64,000 nucleotides of DNA from a virus (IMGVR_UViG_3300032322_001781), one strand, 5' to 3'. Positions 9,972-21,293 are shown, counted from the first letter of the stretch. The notes: generated by a model not told the origin, from the sequence alone. A program made the numbers and translations.

Positions 9972-12322
9972 TGGAAGATAAATTAAGAATATCACCTTAT
10001 TCTAGAATAAAAGTAGAATGGACAGACCGACCAGAAAATTATTCTAAAGAAAATAAGAATAAAGTAAGAAACTATTTTGCTAACAAATATGGTGTGAATA
10101 AAAATAACATAAATGTTGTTTATAAACCTGTTAAATTTAATGAAAATGGTGACGCTATTGAAATAACTGGTGCTGGTATTGAAAACATTATGGATGTTAA
10201 TTATCAAAGAGCTCTTATGAAAGAGTTAATTGTTAGAGATAATAAAAATGTTGATTTTAACAGAATTATTGCGCTAGATGATAAAGTTAATGGTGAATTA
10301 AACATCGATTTAACTCAATCACAACACAAGTCGTGGTCTATAAAATGGATTATGATTGATAATTTTCTTTCTTTTGGTGAAAACAATTATATCCCTTTTA
10401 GTAAATTTAAAGGCTTAACAGTTGTGAATTCAATTCCTGGGAATCAAGGTGGTAAAACAACACTTACCATAGATGCTATAAAATTTTTATTACATGGTTC
10501 CACAACCAAAACCGATAAAAACGAAGAAGTATTTAACACTTATACTGGCAAAAATGAATTGGTTGTTCGAGGGATGATTGAAATTGAAGGTGAAGAAACC
10601 ATCATAGAGCGTAAAATGAAGCGAAGCTCCAAAAAAGGTGGTGGTTGGACTGTCATAAACAAGGTAAATTACTATAAAATTTTACCAGATGGGGAAGAAG
10701 AAGAATTAAATGAAGAAGATGCTAAAAAGACGACTTCAAAATTAAAAGAGACCATAGGTAGTGAAAAAGATTTTGAAATGTTGGTTTTGGCAACTGAAAA
10801 AAATCTAGATGACCTTATCGGTTTGACAACAACAGAATCTGGTAAAATATTAACTAGGCTTATTGGTTTGGAAATACTTGAGTTAAAAGAAGCTGCTGTT
10901 AGGGTGATGTATAATGATTTTACCAGAAAGAAAAAATCAAATGAATTCGATGTAATCACATTAACGAATGAAATCGAAGAACATAAAAACAAGATACTAG
11001 AATCTGAACAACTTGAAGAATTGTTTAGAAAAAGATTGTCAGATACTAAATCAGAGCTCCAAAAAAACAATGAGGAGAATGATAGGTTATTAAATAGCAA
11101 ACAAAAAATAGATGTTTCGATTTCTACATTAAACCCATCATCACTTCAAAATGAAGTAGATTTGTTAACAAAAAAAGGTGTAGAAACAAAGGCGAAGATA
11201 ACTGAAATGAATGATGTTATTTTTGCATATGGTAAAATTGAATTTGATGAAGACCTTCATTATATGTATACCAAAGAACTTAATGGTTTGACTTCTAAAA
11301 AAGCTGTTTTTGAAGCGGAAATAAAACGGTTAACTAAAGTTATTGCTGATTTGATAGCTGGGGGTATTTGTCAATCATGTCATCGTAAATTGGATGATGT
11401 AGACAATACTGAACATATTAATAAACACAATGAAGAGATAAATAAAATTAACAGTGACATATCTGATATATCAAAAAGACTAGAGGTGTTAGAGAGTTAT
11501 TTGTTGAACCTTAATGAGATTAAAGTAAAAGTAGATAAGAAAAATAGATTAGAGTTAGATAGAGATAGATTAGAGGTTGAAATTGGTTCATTAAGAAATA
11601 AGGTGGTTGAAAAAATGAATGATTTAAAAAAATACAACCTTAACTTAGAAGCTATTGAACATAATAAAAGAATTGATATTGAGGTTAGTAAAGTAAAAAC
11701 AAATATTTCAGTACTTAATCATACTAAAGATGAAACAATAACTAGGATAGAAAGAGTTACAAACGAAATACAAAATCATAATACCAACATTTCGACCAAA
11801 ACAAAATTAATAGAAACTATTAAAAAAGAAGAAGAGATTGATAAAATTTTTAAGATTTATATTGACTTGGTTGGTAAAAAAGGTATAAGCAAGTTGGTAT
11901 TAAGGTCAGTGTTACCTATAATAAATTCAGAAGTTCAAAGATTATTAGAAGATGTTTGTGATTTTGAAGTGGAGATATTTATAGATGATAAAAACGATGT
12001 TCAATTTTTGATAAATAAGGATGATGTTTCAAAACAACTTAAATCAGCTAGTGGTTTTGAAAAAACTGCGTCTAGTCTTGCGTTAAGAGGTGTTCTGGGT
12101 AAAATGTCTACGTTACCTATGCCTAATTTCATAACTTTTGATGAAGTTTTAGGTAAAGTAGCTCCAGAAAATATTGAAAAACTGAAAGGGTTGTTTGATA
12201 AGATTAAAAACATGTATGAAATTGTTTTTTTAATAACACATAATGATTTGGTAAAAGATTGGGCTGTTTCTTTGGTTACCGTTATAAAAGAAAATAATGT
12301 TTCGAAAATTAAAATTACATAA
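9971..12322 (+). CDS. sbcC: SMC-like recombination ATPase (SbcC/gp46/Rad50-like)
   Basis: Walker A NQGGKTT, CQSC zinc hook, SASGFEK signature, Walker B FITFDEV. Confidence 0.9.
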   Translation: MEDKLRISPYSRIKVEWTDRPENYSKENKNKVRNYFANKYGVNKNNINVVYKPVKFNENGDAIEITGAGIENIMDVNYQRALMKELIVRDNKNVDFNRIIALDDKVNGELNIDLTQSQHKSWSIKWIMIDNFLSFGENNYIPFSKFKGLTVVNSIPGNQGGKTTLTIDAIKFLLHGSTTKTDKNEEVFNTYTGKNELVVRGMIEIEGEETIIERKMKRSSKKGGGWTVINKVNYYKILPDGEEEELNEEDAKKTTSKLKETIGSEKDFEMLVLATEKNLDDLIGLTTTESGKILTRLIGLEILELKEAAVRVMYNDFTRKKKSNEFDVITLTNEIEEHKNKILESEQLEELFRKRLSDTKSELQKNNEENDRLLNSKQKIDVSISTLNPSSLQNEVDLLTKKGVETKAKITEMNDVIFAYGKIEFDEDLHYMYTKELNGLTSKKAVFEAEIKRLTKVIADLIAGGICQSCHRKLDDVDNTEHINKHNEEINKINSDISDISKRLEVLESYLLNLNEIKVKVDKKNRLELDRDRLEVEIGSLRNKVVEKMNDLKKYNLNLEAIEHNKRIDIEVSKVKTNISVLNHTKDETITRIERVTNEIQNHNTNISTKTKLIETIKKEEEIDKIFKIYIDLVGKKGISKLVLRSVLPIINSEVQRLLEDVCDFEVEIFIDDKNDVQFLINKDDVSKQLKSASGFEKTASSLALRGVLGKMSTLPMPNFITFDEVLGKVAPENIEKLKGLFDKIKNMYEIVFLITHNDLVKDWAVSLVTVIKENNVSKIKIT

Positions 12323-12378
12323 TTTATAATAAAAATAGTTTTATTAAATAAAAAAACGTACCTTTGTAAAAAATACAT

Positions 12379-12894
12379 ATGTTTAGAAACTACTGCATAG
12401 TGATTATGGGCGATACACTTGGCTCCCAAGAAGAAATAATAAAGATAAGTGAAATTAAACCAAATGTTTTGGACGCTAAAGGTATATTGATAGCAACATT
12501 TTCTTCTATCATAGAACCAAGCGAACTAACCGAATGGTTTACTAGTAGGAAGAGAAGTTTTTTGTTGTTTGATTTAAACGAGTCATCTTCTGGGTTTAAC
12601 ATTACTAAAAAAGAAATTCATGAAGGGTTGTTTGGGTTTCTAAAGGAATTTAATGTTGAACAAATGAATGAAGATTTTTTGAGAACTATCAATATGTCTT
12701 CAGAAACAAAAACAACCAAAAATAATAATAAAAAAACAAAAACTGAAAACAAAGATAAAAATTTATTAGACCCTGTTAAAATAGAAAAAATGAGTTCGTT
12801 TGAAAAAGATACGCTACTCAATAAGCTAATAGATAGTGGGCTTGAAAAATTATCTGAACATGATAAAACACTATTGCCTTTGTTGGCAAAATAA
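12379..12894 (+). CDS. Hypothetical protein
   Basis: 171 aa ORF following a TACCTTTG promoter. Confidence 0.6.
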   Translation: MFRNYCIVIMGDTLGSQEEIIKISEIKPNVLDAKGILIATFSSIIEPSELTEWFTSRKRSFLLFDLNESSSGFNITKKEIHEGLFGFLKEFNVEQMNEDFLRTINMSSETKTTKNNNKKTKTENKDKNLLDPVKIEKMSSFEKDTLLNKLIDSGLEKLSEHDKTLLPLLAK

Positions 12895-12977
12895 GGTTAA
12901 AATCCTTGACTTTTAAGGATTTTAACGTATATTTGTTTATATAATAATATAACATAAAAGTAAAATGAGACAATTTA

Positions 12978-13805
12978 ATGAGTAAAATTTTTTTAAATTT
13001 TGATAGTGATGATAGTATTGCAAAGTATTTTAAAGACGTTAAGAAATCAATAATCCTAACCAAAGAACAAGAGGTAGATTTGGCGAAAAGAATAAAGCTA
13101 GGCGACCAAAAAGCAATCCACCAATTGGTTAAAGCAAATTTAAAATTTGTTATCTCAATAGCTAAAGAATACCAAGGACAAGGTTTACCATTATCTGATT
13201 TAATAAACGAGGGTAACTATGGTTTAATAAAAGCGGCAAGTAAATTTGACCATAAGAAAGGTTTTAGATTTATATCATATGCTGTGTGGTGGATTAAACA
13301 ATCGATTTTACAAAGTTTAAATGATAATGCTAGGATAGTAAGATTACCAGCAAACGTTATAAGTAAAATATCGTATCTAAACAAAGAGATAACCAAGTTT
13401 GAGACTGAAAACGAAAGAGAACCTATATTTGGTGAAATATTCGATAAGGATAATGATATTATGTCTTTGGTAATTTATCCTAGATGTGCATCATTAAATG
13501 AAGTGATTAACGAAGACGGGGATGAATTAATTGATTTAATACCTATTGAAGATAGTGAAGATTCTTTAGAAATTGATGAAAGGTTAAAGAATGAGATAAA
13601 TAAAACTTTATCTGTTTTGGAAACTAGAGAAAGAATGATTATTGAGGCTTATTTTGGTATAAACACAGATTGCAGACCAATGACCTTGGAAGCAATCGGT
13701 GAAAGATATAATTTAACAAAGGAAAGAATAAGACAAATTAAAGAAAAAGCTATAAGAAAATTGAGACATAACGCACACGATTTATATAATTTAATAAATG
13801 AATAA
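12978..13805 (+). CDS. Sigma-70 family RNA polymerase sigma factor (RpoD/RpoS-like)
   Basis: ANLKFVISIAK, DLINEGNYGL, FISYAVWWIKQ and TLEAIG...TKERIRQI regions 2 and 4. Confidence 0.92.
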   Translation: MSKIFLNFDSDDSIAKYFKDVKKSIILTKEQEVDLAKRIKLGDQKAIHQLVKANLKFVISIAKEYQGQGLPLSDLINEGNYGLIKAASKFDHKKGFRFISYAVWWIKQSILQSLNDNARIVRLPANVISKISYLNKEITKFETENEREPIFGEIFDKDNDIMSLVIYPRCASLNEVINEDGDELIDLIPIEDSEDSLEIDERLKNEINKTLSVLETRERMIIEAYFGINTDCRPMTLEAIGERYNLTKERIRQIKEKAIRKLRHNAHDLYNLINE

Positions 13806-13858
13806 AAGGGTTAATAACCCTTTTATTCGTTATGTGTATTTATATTAAAATTAATGAT

Positions 13859-15004
13859 ATGAAATTAAAATTTAGCTACATTGTATTGTTACTGGCACTA
13901 ATTGTTTCTGGTTGTGCTGCTTATTTTTCAGTATGGGGGCTTAGTCAACTATTTGCTGGTGCTAGCACGGCTGTTATAATAATGGCTACTGCATTGGAAA
14001 TTGGTAAAGTGGTTGTAACGACTGCTTTACATAGGTATTGGGATAAAATATCTGGTTGGTTAAAATTTTATTTAACTATTAGTGTTGGTGTTTTAATGAT
14101 AATTACATCAGCTGGTATATATGGGTTTTTGTCAAATGCCTATCAAAAAACAGCAAATAAATTAGAAATCCAAGAAGGTCAAGTTGGTGTATTGGATGCT
14201 AAAAAATCTTTGTTTGAAAAAAGTATTTTAGACAATGAAAAGATTATAGCCAATAAAACAAAACGTATTGACCAACTAACAAACTTAAGGAATACGCAAG
14301 AAGTTAGATTAGATAACGCTTCTAGCAATAGGGCTAAAGATAAAGCTAGGGCTGACATAAAATTGGCTAATGACGAAATTCAAAAGTTATCAAACGAAAT
14401 TGATGGGTTTAATGTTAAGAATTCTATTATGTCAGATTCAATAAGTGTTTATTCAACAAAAGCAATAGAATTAACAGCTAATAGCGAAGTTTCAGCTGAA
14501 GTGGGACCACTTAAATATATATCAGAATTAACAGGTCAACCTATGGGTAACGTTGTTAATATATTAATATTGTTTTTGATATTTGTATTTGACCCATTGG
14601 CTATCTCTATGATTTTAATGACGAATAAAATTTTTGAATTAGAGAAAGGTGACCATTCAGAAATCAAAAAAAAAGTTGAACCGAAGCCAGAATCAATTAC
14701 CCAGTTAATCGAAGCTAAGGAAAATCAAACAGTTACTGAAGAGTCAGAAATTTTTGAAGAAGAAGAATTTAATGAAGTTGAAGAATCGTCTGACGTTGTG
14801 GAAAAAAATGTTGTTGAACAAAAAGATAGAGAACCAGTAATACCAACTGGCAAGATTCAATTAGAAGATATTAGAGAGATAAAAAATAGAGGATTTTCCG
14901 TTGATGTACCAACACCTAAAAAAAGCAATATTGTTGAAAGAATAGGTACAAACAAAGTGGTTAAAAACGGTGATAACAACAAAGTTTATTATAGGAAAAA
15001 CTAA
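13859..15004 (+). CDS. Membrane-anchored coiled-coil protein
   Basis: Three N-terminal hydrophobic segments, a long coiled coil and a further TM (FVFDPLA). Confidence 0.65.
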   Translation: MKLKFSYIVLLLALIVSGCAAYFSVWGLSQLFAGASTAVIIMATALEIGKVVVTTALHRYWDKISGWLKFYLTISVGVLMIITSAGIYGFLSNAYQKTANKLEIQEGQVGVLDAKKSLFEKSILDNEKIIANKTKRIDQLTNLRNTQEVRLDNASSNRAKDKARADIKLANDEIQKLSNEIDGFNVKNSIMSDSISVYSTKAIELTANSEVSAEVGPLKYISELTGQPMGNVVNILILFLIFVFDPLAISMILMTNKIFELEKGDHSEIKKKVEPKPESITQLIEAKENQTVTEESEIFEEEEFNEVEESSDVVEKNVVEQKDREPVIPTGKIQLEDIREIKNRGFSVDVPTPKKSNIVERIGTNKVVKNGDNNKVYYRKN

Positions 15005-15615
15005 TGAACATTGATGACACGTCATACGTATTATCTAGCGAGAATTATGTGGCTGTAGAATCAAAGAAAACACGTATAGTCTTAGCTCATACCTTTACAA
15101 ATGATATGAAACATTTTATTGGTTGGAAACATAGGTATAATGGGTTATATAAAAATACAGCACCTTTTACAATCTCAAAATCTGGCCAAATTTACAAACA
15201 TTACGACCCTAGTTTTTCAACTAAAATGTTGAAAAATTATGAATTTAACATGTCGTGTATTGTAATATTATTAGAGAACGAAGGTTGGTTGATAAAAGAT
15301 TCAAATAAAAATGAATTTATTACGTGGATTGGTGATATTTATAAAGAACCGAACATGGTTGTTGAAAAAAGATGGAGAGGTTACAATTATTGGGCTCCAT
15401 ATACAAAAGAACAATTATATTCGGCCAGTGAGTTGGTAAAATCATTATGTGCCAAATTTGACATACCTTTATCTGTGGTAGCACACAATACAAAATTGGA
15501 AAATTTTAGCACGTACAATGGTGTATTTTATAAAAGTAACATTGAAAAGCACTATACTGATTTAAACCCAACTTGGGATTTTGAAACATTTAAAACAAAA
15601 ATAGAAAAAAAATGA
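15004..15615 (+). CDS. N-acetylmuramoyl-L-alanine amidase-like protein
   Basis: IVLAHT, I.I.LENEG, YTKEQ...LV..LC and VVAHN pattern of the Amidase_2 fold. Confidence 0.55.
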   Translation: MNIDDTSYVLSSENYVAVESKKTRIVLAHTFTNDMKHFIGWKHRYNGLYKNTAPFTISKSGQIYKHYDPSFSTKMLKNYEFNMSCIVILLENEGWLIKDSNKNEFITWIGDIYKEPNMVVEKRWRGYNYWAPYTKEQLYSASELVKSLCAKFDIPLSVVAHNTKLENFSTYNGVFYKSNIEKHYTDLNPTWDFETFKTKIEKK

Positions 15616-16073
15616 AAAACAACATCAATGAACACGATATGACCAAAAAAATGATGGATGTCATTAGAGGTGGGTATAAGTCTAGATTGTTATCCGAAGC
15701 AGATGAGTTATCTCCAACCCAAGATGATTATAAAGACACACTAGATGTTAAAAAAACGGATTCTGTTTATAAATCAGAATTAAAAAAATTACAAGATATT
15801 GTTGACCCTAGGGTTGAAATTACAAATTTTAAAATTTATCCAGAAGACAGCAATGTTTTAATAGAGGGTATATTTTTAAAAGGTGAAAACGAAGACACAG
15901 GTATAAAATTTAGAATGTCTTTGGCCGCAGGTGAAATAAACATAACAATGAGCAACATTGAAGTTACCGATAAGGTTAGTTTATTACTCACCAAATTAAA
16001 AGGTTATTATGAAAATTGGGTAGATGAATGGGCTTTAAAATTAGCTAACGAATACAAACCAAAAAAAGACTAA
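15612..16073 (+). CDS. Hypothetical protein (LLSE leader)
   Basis: 153 aa ORF. Confidence 0.6.
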   Translation: MKNNINEHDMTKKMMDVIRGGYKSRLLSEADELSPTQDDYKDTLDVKKTDSVYKSELKKLQDIVDPRVEITNFKIYPEDSNVLIEGIFLKGENEDTGIKFRMSLAAGEINITMSNIEVTDKVSLLLTKLKGYYENWVDEWALKLANEYKPKKD

Positions 16074-16474
16074 TGGGAGAGAAACGTTTCGATTTTAAAA
16101 ATTTAGACGCTAAAAGCATTTTTATAATAATATTAGCGATAGCGTTAATATTAAGTTTTTTATTTAATATACATAATAGTATAGTTTACCCAAAAGATGA
16201 AATAAAAAAGTTAAGAGAAGCTAATGAAATATTGTCTAAAAAGAATGATAGTGTTTTTTTGGTGAATAAAGGTTTAGATAAAAAATTAGCTGAATTGGGT
16301 TTAATCTTAAAAAATAACGATAAAAAATTAGCTGAAACAGAATCAGAGTTAAAACAATTAAAAAAGAAAAAAAATGAAACACCTAACTATGTTAATCGTT
16401 TGTCTGCTAGTGGCGTTGCAACTGCACTCTCAGAATATCTCGATAAAACCACAAAGAGTAAAAACAGTCGTTAA
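16073..16474 (+). CDS. N-terminally anchored coiled-coil protein (spanin-like?)
   Basis: Single N-terminal TM plus coiled coil; overlaps the next ORF by 101 nt. Confidence 0.45.
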   Translation: MGEKRFDFKNLDAKSIFIIILAIALILSFLFNIHNSIVYPKDEIKKLREANEILSKKNDSVFLVNKGLDKKLAELGLILKNNDKKLAETESELKQLKKKKNETPNYVNRLSASGVATALSEYLDKTTKSKNSR

Positions 16475-16847
16475 TACATATGGTGACACTCTTATTGAGA
16501 TGTCATTATCAGATGCAAGGCTAATCCTTACGGACATAATTGACAAACAAGTTTCTGATAATATTATATCAGTATACGAATTCAGAGATAGCTTAAACAA
16601 AAGCGCAATACAAATACAGTTAACACAAATAAACATATTAAAAGAAAAAGTAAAAAATTGTGAAACTGTGATTAAAAATTTAAACGAGATGTTGATTAAT
16701 AAAGAAAAAGAAATAGCCTTGTTGAACGAAACCATAATAAGACAAAAAAGAGAAATTAGGAAGCAAAAAATATTGAAAATAATAGGATTTACAAGTGCTG
16801 TTATATTACCTGTTATTACACTTGGAGTTGTTTTGGGTGTAAAATAA
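16374..16847 (+). CDS. Secreted coiled-coil protein with C-terminal TM (spanin-like?)
   Basis: Signal-peptide-like N-terminus and hydrophobic C-terminus. Confidence 0.45.
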   Translation: MKHLTMLIVCLLVALQLHSQNISIKPQRVKTVVNTYGDTLIEMSLSDARLILTDIIDKQVSDNIISVYEFRDSLNKSAIQIQLTQINILKEKVKNCETVIKNLNEMLINKEKEIALLNETIIRQKREIRKQKILKIIGFTSAVILPVITLGVVLGVK

Positions 16848-16949
16848 ATGGTTAATTACAATATATTTATTTATAACATTAAATAAGACCCCTTAAAGGG
16901 GTTTTTTTATGTTATAACGATATTTATATAAAAATAAATTAGAGCTATC

Positions 16950-17192
16950 ATGAAAAACCAAATCAAAGAAAATTTGACCAAGTCTGATGTATCCAAAGAG
17001 ATTAAAATATACATGGACACCAAAGAATTCAAGTCAAAAATTGAAAAGATTGTTAAAGATAGAATAAAAAATGAAAAAGAGTTAGAAGACAAAGTTGTTG
17101 ATATAACTAGAAACGTCCTGACTCAATTATATAAAACCTTATGGACAAAAAGAGCCACATGGGTAAATAATTTAAGCAATAAAAATAATTAA
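16950..17192 (+). CDS. Small late protein
   Basis: Follows GATATTTATA at about 16920. Confidence 0.55.
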   Translation: MKNQIKENLTKSDVSKEIKIYMDTKEFKSKIEKIVKDRIKNEKELEDKVVDITRNVLTQLYKTLWTKRATWVNNLSNKNN

Positions 17193-17193
17193 A

Positions 17194-18819
17194 ATGAAAA
17201 AAATTAGAATCACGGAAAGCCAAGCCAAAAAATTGGGGTTAATTAATGAGAATAGTGGTGAGGATTCTGGACTTAAATCGTCTAGTGGTGCACTTGGACC
17301 AAAACCAATTAGAATTGTAATATCTGGTGATTCCATTATAAAACTTAAGGATATTATAATAAAAGCAATTAAAAGACAAGACTCAGATGCAAACGTAGCT
17401 TATTATGAAGCTACTGGTAAAATTGTTGGAACTGTAAGTGAATATAAATTGGAATCAATAAAAAGAGATGTTAAACAAATAGACCCAATGTTATCACTAG
17501 AAAAAAAATCGTTAGTAAAAGCTTTAAAAGAAAATAAAAAAAATGTTCTTAAAATAACAAAAGAACAATATAATAACTTATTAAATTCTGGTTTAATAAA
17601 AGAAGAGGCTTTTAAAGTTAATGGTGGTCTGTCTAGAGTTGATAAAACTTTTAATAAAGAATTTACAAAAAACAAAACTAAAAATTTTTTAACTGAAACA
17701 AAAAAATTAATAGAATATTTATATGGTAATACACAAGACTACCCTAGTTTTTTAAATCAATACAATTTGTCATATGACGATATTTGCGAAGTATTATCAA
17801 AAGAAGGCGTGATACTTGAAAATGAAGGACATTGGAAATTATCAAAAGCTTTAGGAACACCTGAAATGGCTATTAATACCGTCATGGAAAAATTAAATGA
17901 AATGATAACAAATAATCGTAAATTAGAAACAGAGAACTCACCAATTGACGCTTTAGAGAACGAAATTATGTTTGATGTAATTTATCACAATAGAGAAATT
18001 GCGATATTAACGGATAAAGAAGGTAATATGTTCGTTTTAAACCATGATTCAATCCCTAAAACTAACGTTGGAAATGATGAAGATGCAATAGAAAGATATA
18101 TAAATGACAACTTAAATAGTTTTTCTTATGGTAATGGTCTTGATGATTTTGAATCAGGTAAAGATATTATTAAAATTGATTCTAATCTTAAAGATGATTT
18201 ATTAAGATTATATGACAAAGATAATAAATTAGTTTCCAAACTTTCTTCGATACAAGAAGATAGTAATTTAATTAATAATTTATTAGGTAGCACAGAGAAA
18301 GCCATGACCCCTCAAGGTGAAACAAAAGAAAAAACAAAAGAGGAAGTAAGGCAAATGGCTAGAAAACTTGCTAAACTATATAAAAAACCAGTTAAATTTT
18401 ATTTGGACAAATTAAATAAAAAGTATGGTATTGAAGAAACAACCACAGCTGCGTCATCTGGTTCATATACTGGTCCCTTTTTAGGTTCACCAGCTGAAGC
18501 ACCAGAAGACCCAAATAAACTTGAAGTTCCTGTTGTTGGTGAAGTAACTGCTGGAAGCGGTAGTGTTGGCGCTTATGATGCCAATGCATTACCAAATATT
18601 GGTAGAGATGGTGAGTTTAAATCAAATCCTAAAGTACCAAAAGCATTTAAAAAAACACAATATGCAAAAGGAGGGTTTGTAAAGTTTAATGACTGCGTTA
18701 AATTAAATAACAAACCAGCTGGTGCTGGTTGCAGCCAAGGAGCTGTAGATAATGTTGTTAAAATTGTACAAACAAAAGGTAACGTAAATGCACCATCACT
18801 TGGCGAAGGAAATAATTAA
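17194..18819 (+). CDS. Putative head-internal protein
   Basis: Repeated L/I-x-E motifs (ITES, LINE, LKEN, LIKEE) resembling T4 prohead-protease sites. Confidence 0.5.
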   Translation: MKKIRITESQAKKLGLINENSGEDSGLKSSSGALGPKPIRIVISGDSIIKLKDIIIKAIKRQDSDANVAYYEATGKIVGTVSEYKLESIKRDVKQIDPMLSLEKKSLVKALKENKKNVLKITKEQYNNLLNSGLIKEEAFKVNGGLSRVDKTFNKEFTKNKTKNFLTETKKLIEYLYGNTQDYPSFLNQYNLSYDDICEVLSKEGVILENEGHWKLSKALGTPEMAINTVMEKLNEMITNNRKLETENSPIDALENEIMFDVIYHNREIAILTDKEGNMFVLNHDSIPKTNVGNDEDAIERYINDNLNSFSYGNGLDDFESGKDIIKIDSNLKDDLLRLYDKDNKLVSKLSSIQEDSNLINNLLGSTEKAMTPQGETKEKTKEEVRQMARKLAKLYKKPVKFYLDKLNKKYGIEETTTAASSGSYTGPFLGSPAEAPEDPNKLEVPVVGEVTAGSGSVGAYDANALPNIGRDGEFKSNPKVPKAFKKTQYAKGGFVKFNDCVKLNNKPAGAGCSQGAVDNVVKIVQTKGNVNAPSLGEGNN

Positions 18820-18859
18820 CTTTGCTTAAAATTAATATATTTATTATAAAATCAATAAA

Positions 18860-20542
18860 ATGAATAAAAAAACAATAAAAAACTACTTAGCAAAAAGATT
18901 TTTGTCAGAGGAAGTGGTTCCAGGTATTTCTGTAACAAAAAATGCTTTGAACCAATCTAAAAAAATCAATATGCAAGGTTTAAAAGATATTGAAAAAAAC
19001 GTTGCTGATTTTGAAAAAGCTGTTAGACCAGATGCTAACGCAAAAGAAATGGCACCGAACAAATTCAACTACGAAAACGATTTTGAGAAAACATATCATG
19101 ACCAAATGGAAATAATGAATGGTCAAGAAATGATTCAATATTCTTCAGTACCTAGTGAAAGGTTTAAAGAAAGAGCTTTAGAAGCTTTAGAAGGTAGTTC
19201 AAAAATGGGTAACAACCCAGAATGGGCAAATGTGATACCAGCACAACAAGGTTTTACTGGTCCTAATTTTGGAAAAAATCTTGTAAAGAACATAAAAGCA
19301 TCTATTAAAAAGAGGGCAGATGAAACTGAACCAGATTATGAATTAACTGGTGCTGACATAAAACCACAAATAAAAGGCAACGGTACCAAACCTTATGCTA
19401 TTTCTGAAAATAAAGATAATAATAAACCACAAATAAAAGAAACAATGAAAAGATTAACGTTTAAAAATCCATTTAATGGTGTTGGAAACGCATTAAAACT
19501 TATCCCAGAAGGATACAGAGTAAATAATAAAGTATTTGAAATGACTGATGGAAACGAAAGTTACAAGATTCGTTGGGAAGGTTCTTTAAATGAAGGTAAA
19601 GCTGTTGTATTAACTGCTGCTGACAAAACTTTGGTTAATGAAGACATTTCTAGAATGAAACAATTATTTGGTTACAAATCACATGAAACCCTTGGCCTTT
19701 TAAAAGGAAAAGAAAGACTTGATGAAAACAAAGTATTTTCAGATATTTGGAACAAAACAAAAACCTTATTGGAAACTGAAGATATGGAAGGTGCTAATGC
19801 TAAAGAAGGTAATTGGGATGAAGAAACAAAAAAAGCTCCAGAAGCAACAAAACACGTTAAATCATCTGTAAAAAAAGATTCAGCTATAGCAAAAGGTAAA
19901 GAAGGAAACCCAGATAAAGCTGTTTCACACGCACCAGAAGCAAAAACCCCAATGAAAAGTTCAAAAGGTGTAAACATTGAAACTGATGCTGACGCTGCTG
20001 AAGGCTATTGGGAAGCTGCGGCAAAACCTCAAGCTCCAGAAGCTAAAAAACACGTTCATTTAAAAGAATCCGAAATGGAAGAAGCTGAGATGGAAGAAGG
20101 TTCTTTGGTTGATGAAGGATACATGGATGAAGCTATGTTGGATGAAATGATGAAGTCAGAAGGTTGGATGAACGAAGCTGAAGAAGAAGGTGAGGAAGAT
20201 GAAGTAGATTCATGGGAAAAAGGTGATGAAGATGAAGATGGAGGTGAAGAAATGGAACCAACTGCCGCTGATATAAAAGCTGATATCCCAACTCCTTCAA
20301 ATGATGATGATGATGATGAATTTGTTGTACCATCTACCGCTAACTTTAAGCTATTATTTAGCCCATCAAGTGGTGAATATTGGATTGATAACAACGGTAT
20401 TAAAACACAGGTTCCATCTAAATTTTACTCTATAGCTTCTGATAAGTCTAAAAAAGGTGCTGAAAAAGCTGCCAAAATTGTTGCTCTTATGGCAAAAGAC
20501 TCTGAAAATTCTGCCGAAATGGGTGGTGAAGAAGAAATGTAA
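18860..20542 (+). CDS. Putative head-internal/scaffold-like acidic protein
   Basis: L-x-E motifs, internal APEAKKHV repeats, acidic tail, TATTTAT upstream. Confidence 0.5.
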   Translation: MNKKTIKNYLAKRFLSEEVVPGISVTKNALNQSKKINMQGLKDIEKNVADFEKAVRPDANAKEMAPNKFNYENDFEKTYHDQMEIMNGQEMIQYSSVPSERFKERALEALEGSSKMGNNPEWANVIPAQQGFTGPNFGKNLVKNIKASIKKRADETEPDYELTGADIKPQIKGNGTKPYAISENKDNNKPQIKETMKRLTFKNPFNGVGNALKLIPEGYRVNNKVFEMTDGNESYKIRWEGSLNEGKAVVLTAADKTLVNEDISRMKQLFGYKSHETLGLLKGKERLDENKVFSDIWNKTKTLLETEDMEGANAKEGNWDEETKKAPEATKHVKSSVKKDSAIAKGKEGNPDKAVSHAPEAKTPMKSSKGVNIETDADAAEGYWEAAAKPQAPEAKKHVHLKESEMEEAEMEEGSLVDEGYMDEAMLDEMMKSEGWMNEAEEEGEEDEVDSWEKGDEDEDGGEEMEPTAADIKADIPTPSNDDDDDEFVVPSTANFKLLFSPSSGEYWIDNNGIKTQVPSKFYSIASDKSKKGAEKAAKIVALMAKDSENSAEMGGEEEM

Positions 20543-20631
20543 TATTTTTAGTTAAAACAACATAAAAAAACCCCATAATTATGGGGTTTTTTATTTTATA
20601 AAGATATTTATTAACAGTTAATATCTTTATA

Positions 20632-21246
20632 ATGTCACTAAAAAAACTACAAGAGAAAATTGGTGTAAAATCAGATGGAGAATTTGGACCTATTACATTA
20701 AAAAAAGCTGCTGAATATTATAAAATGTCACCAGAAAGAGCCGCACATTTTTTTGGACAAACCGCCCACGAGACAGGTAATTATGCTACTTTTAGCGAAA
20801 ACTTAAATTACTCAGCAGATGGTTTGAAAAAAATATTTGGTAAGTATTTTCCAAACAATTTAGCTGAAAGTTATGCAAGACAACCAGAAAAAATTGGTTC
20901 TAGAGTCTATGCCAATAGAATGGGAAATGGTGATGAAGCTTCAATGGATGGTTTTTTATTCAGAGGAAGAGGTGCTTTGCAAACAACGGGAAAATCAAAT
21001 TATAAAGCACTTTCAGGATATCTAAAAAAGCCAGAAATAATGACAAACCCAGATTTGGTAGCAAATGAATTTGCTTTTGAATCTGCTTTATATTTTTTTG
21101 AGAGTAACAAACTTTGGGCGATTACTGATAAAGGGGTAAATGCAGAAACAATTTTGGCACTAACAAAAAGAATCAACGGTGGTACCAACGGACTAGACCA
21201 TAGGACCGAACTGACAAATAAATTCTATATTTGGTTAAAATCTTAA
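20632..21246 (+). CDS. Glycoside hydrolase family 19 endolysin
   Basis: QTAHETG, FRGRGALQTTGKSNY and INGGTNG motifs. Confidence 0.88.
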   Translation: MSLKKLQEKIGVKSDGEFGPITLKKAAEYYKMSPERAAHFFGQTAHETGNYATFSENLNYSADGLKKIFGKYFPNNLAESYARQPEKIGSRVYANRMGNGDEASMDGFLFRGRGALQTTGKSNYKALSGYLKKPEIMTNPDLVANEFAFESALYFFESNKLWAITDKGVNAETILALTKRINGGTNGLDHRTELTNKFYIWLKS

Positions 21247-21293
21247 AGTTTAAATCTTTATTTTAGGCTCTTATTGTATATATTTAACAATAA

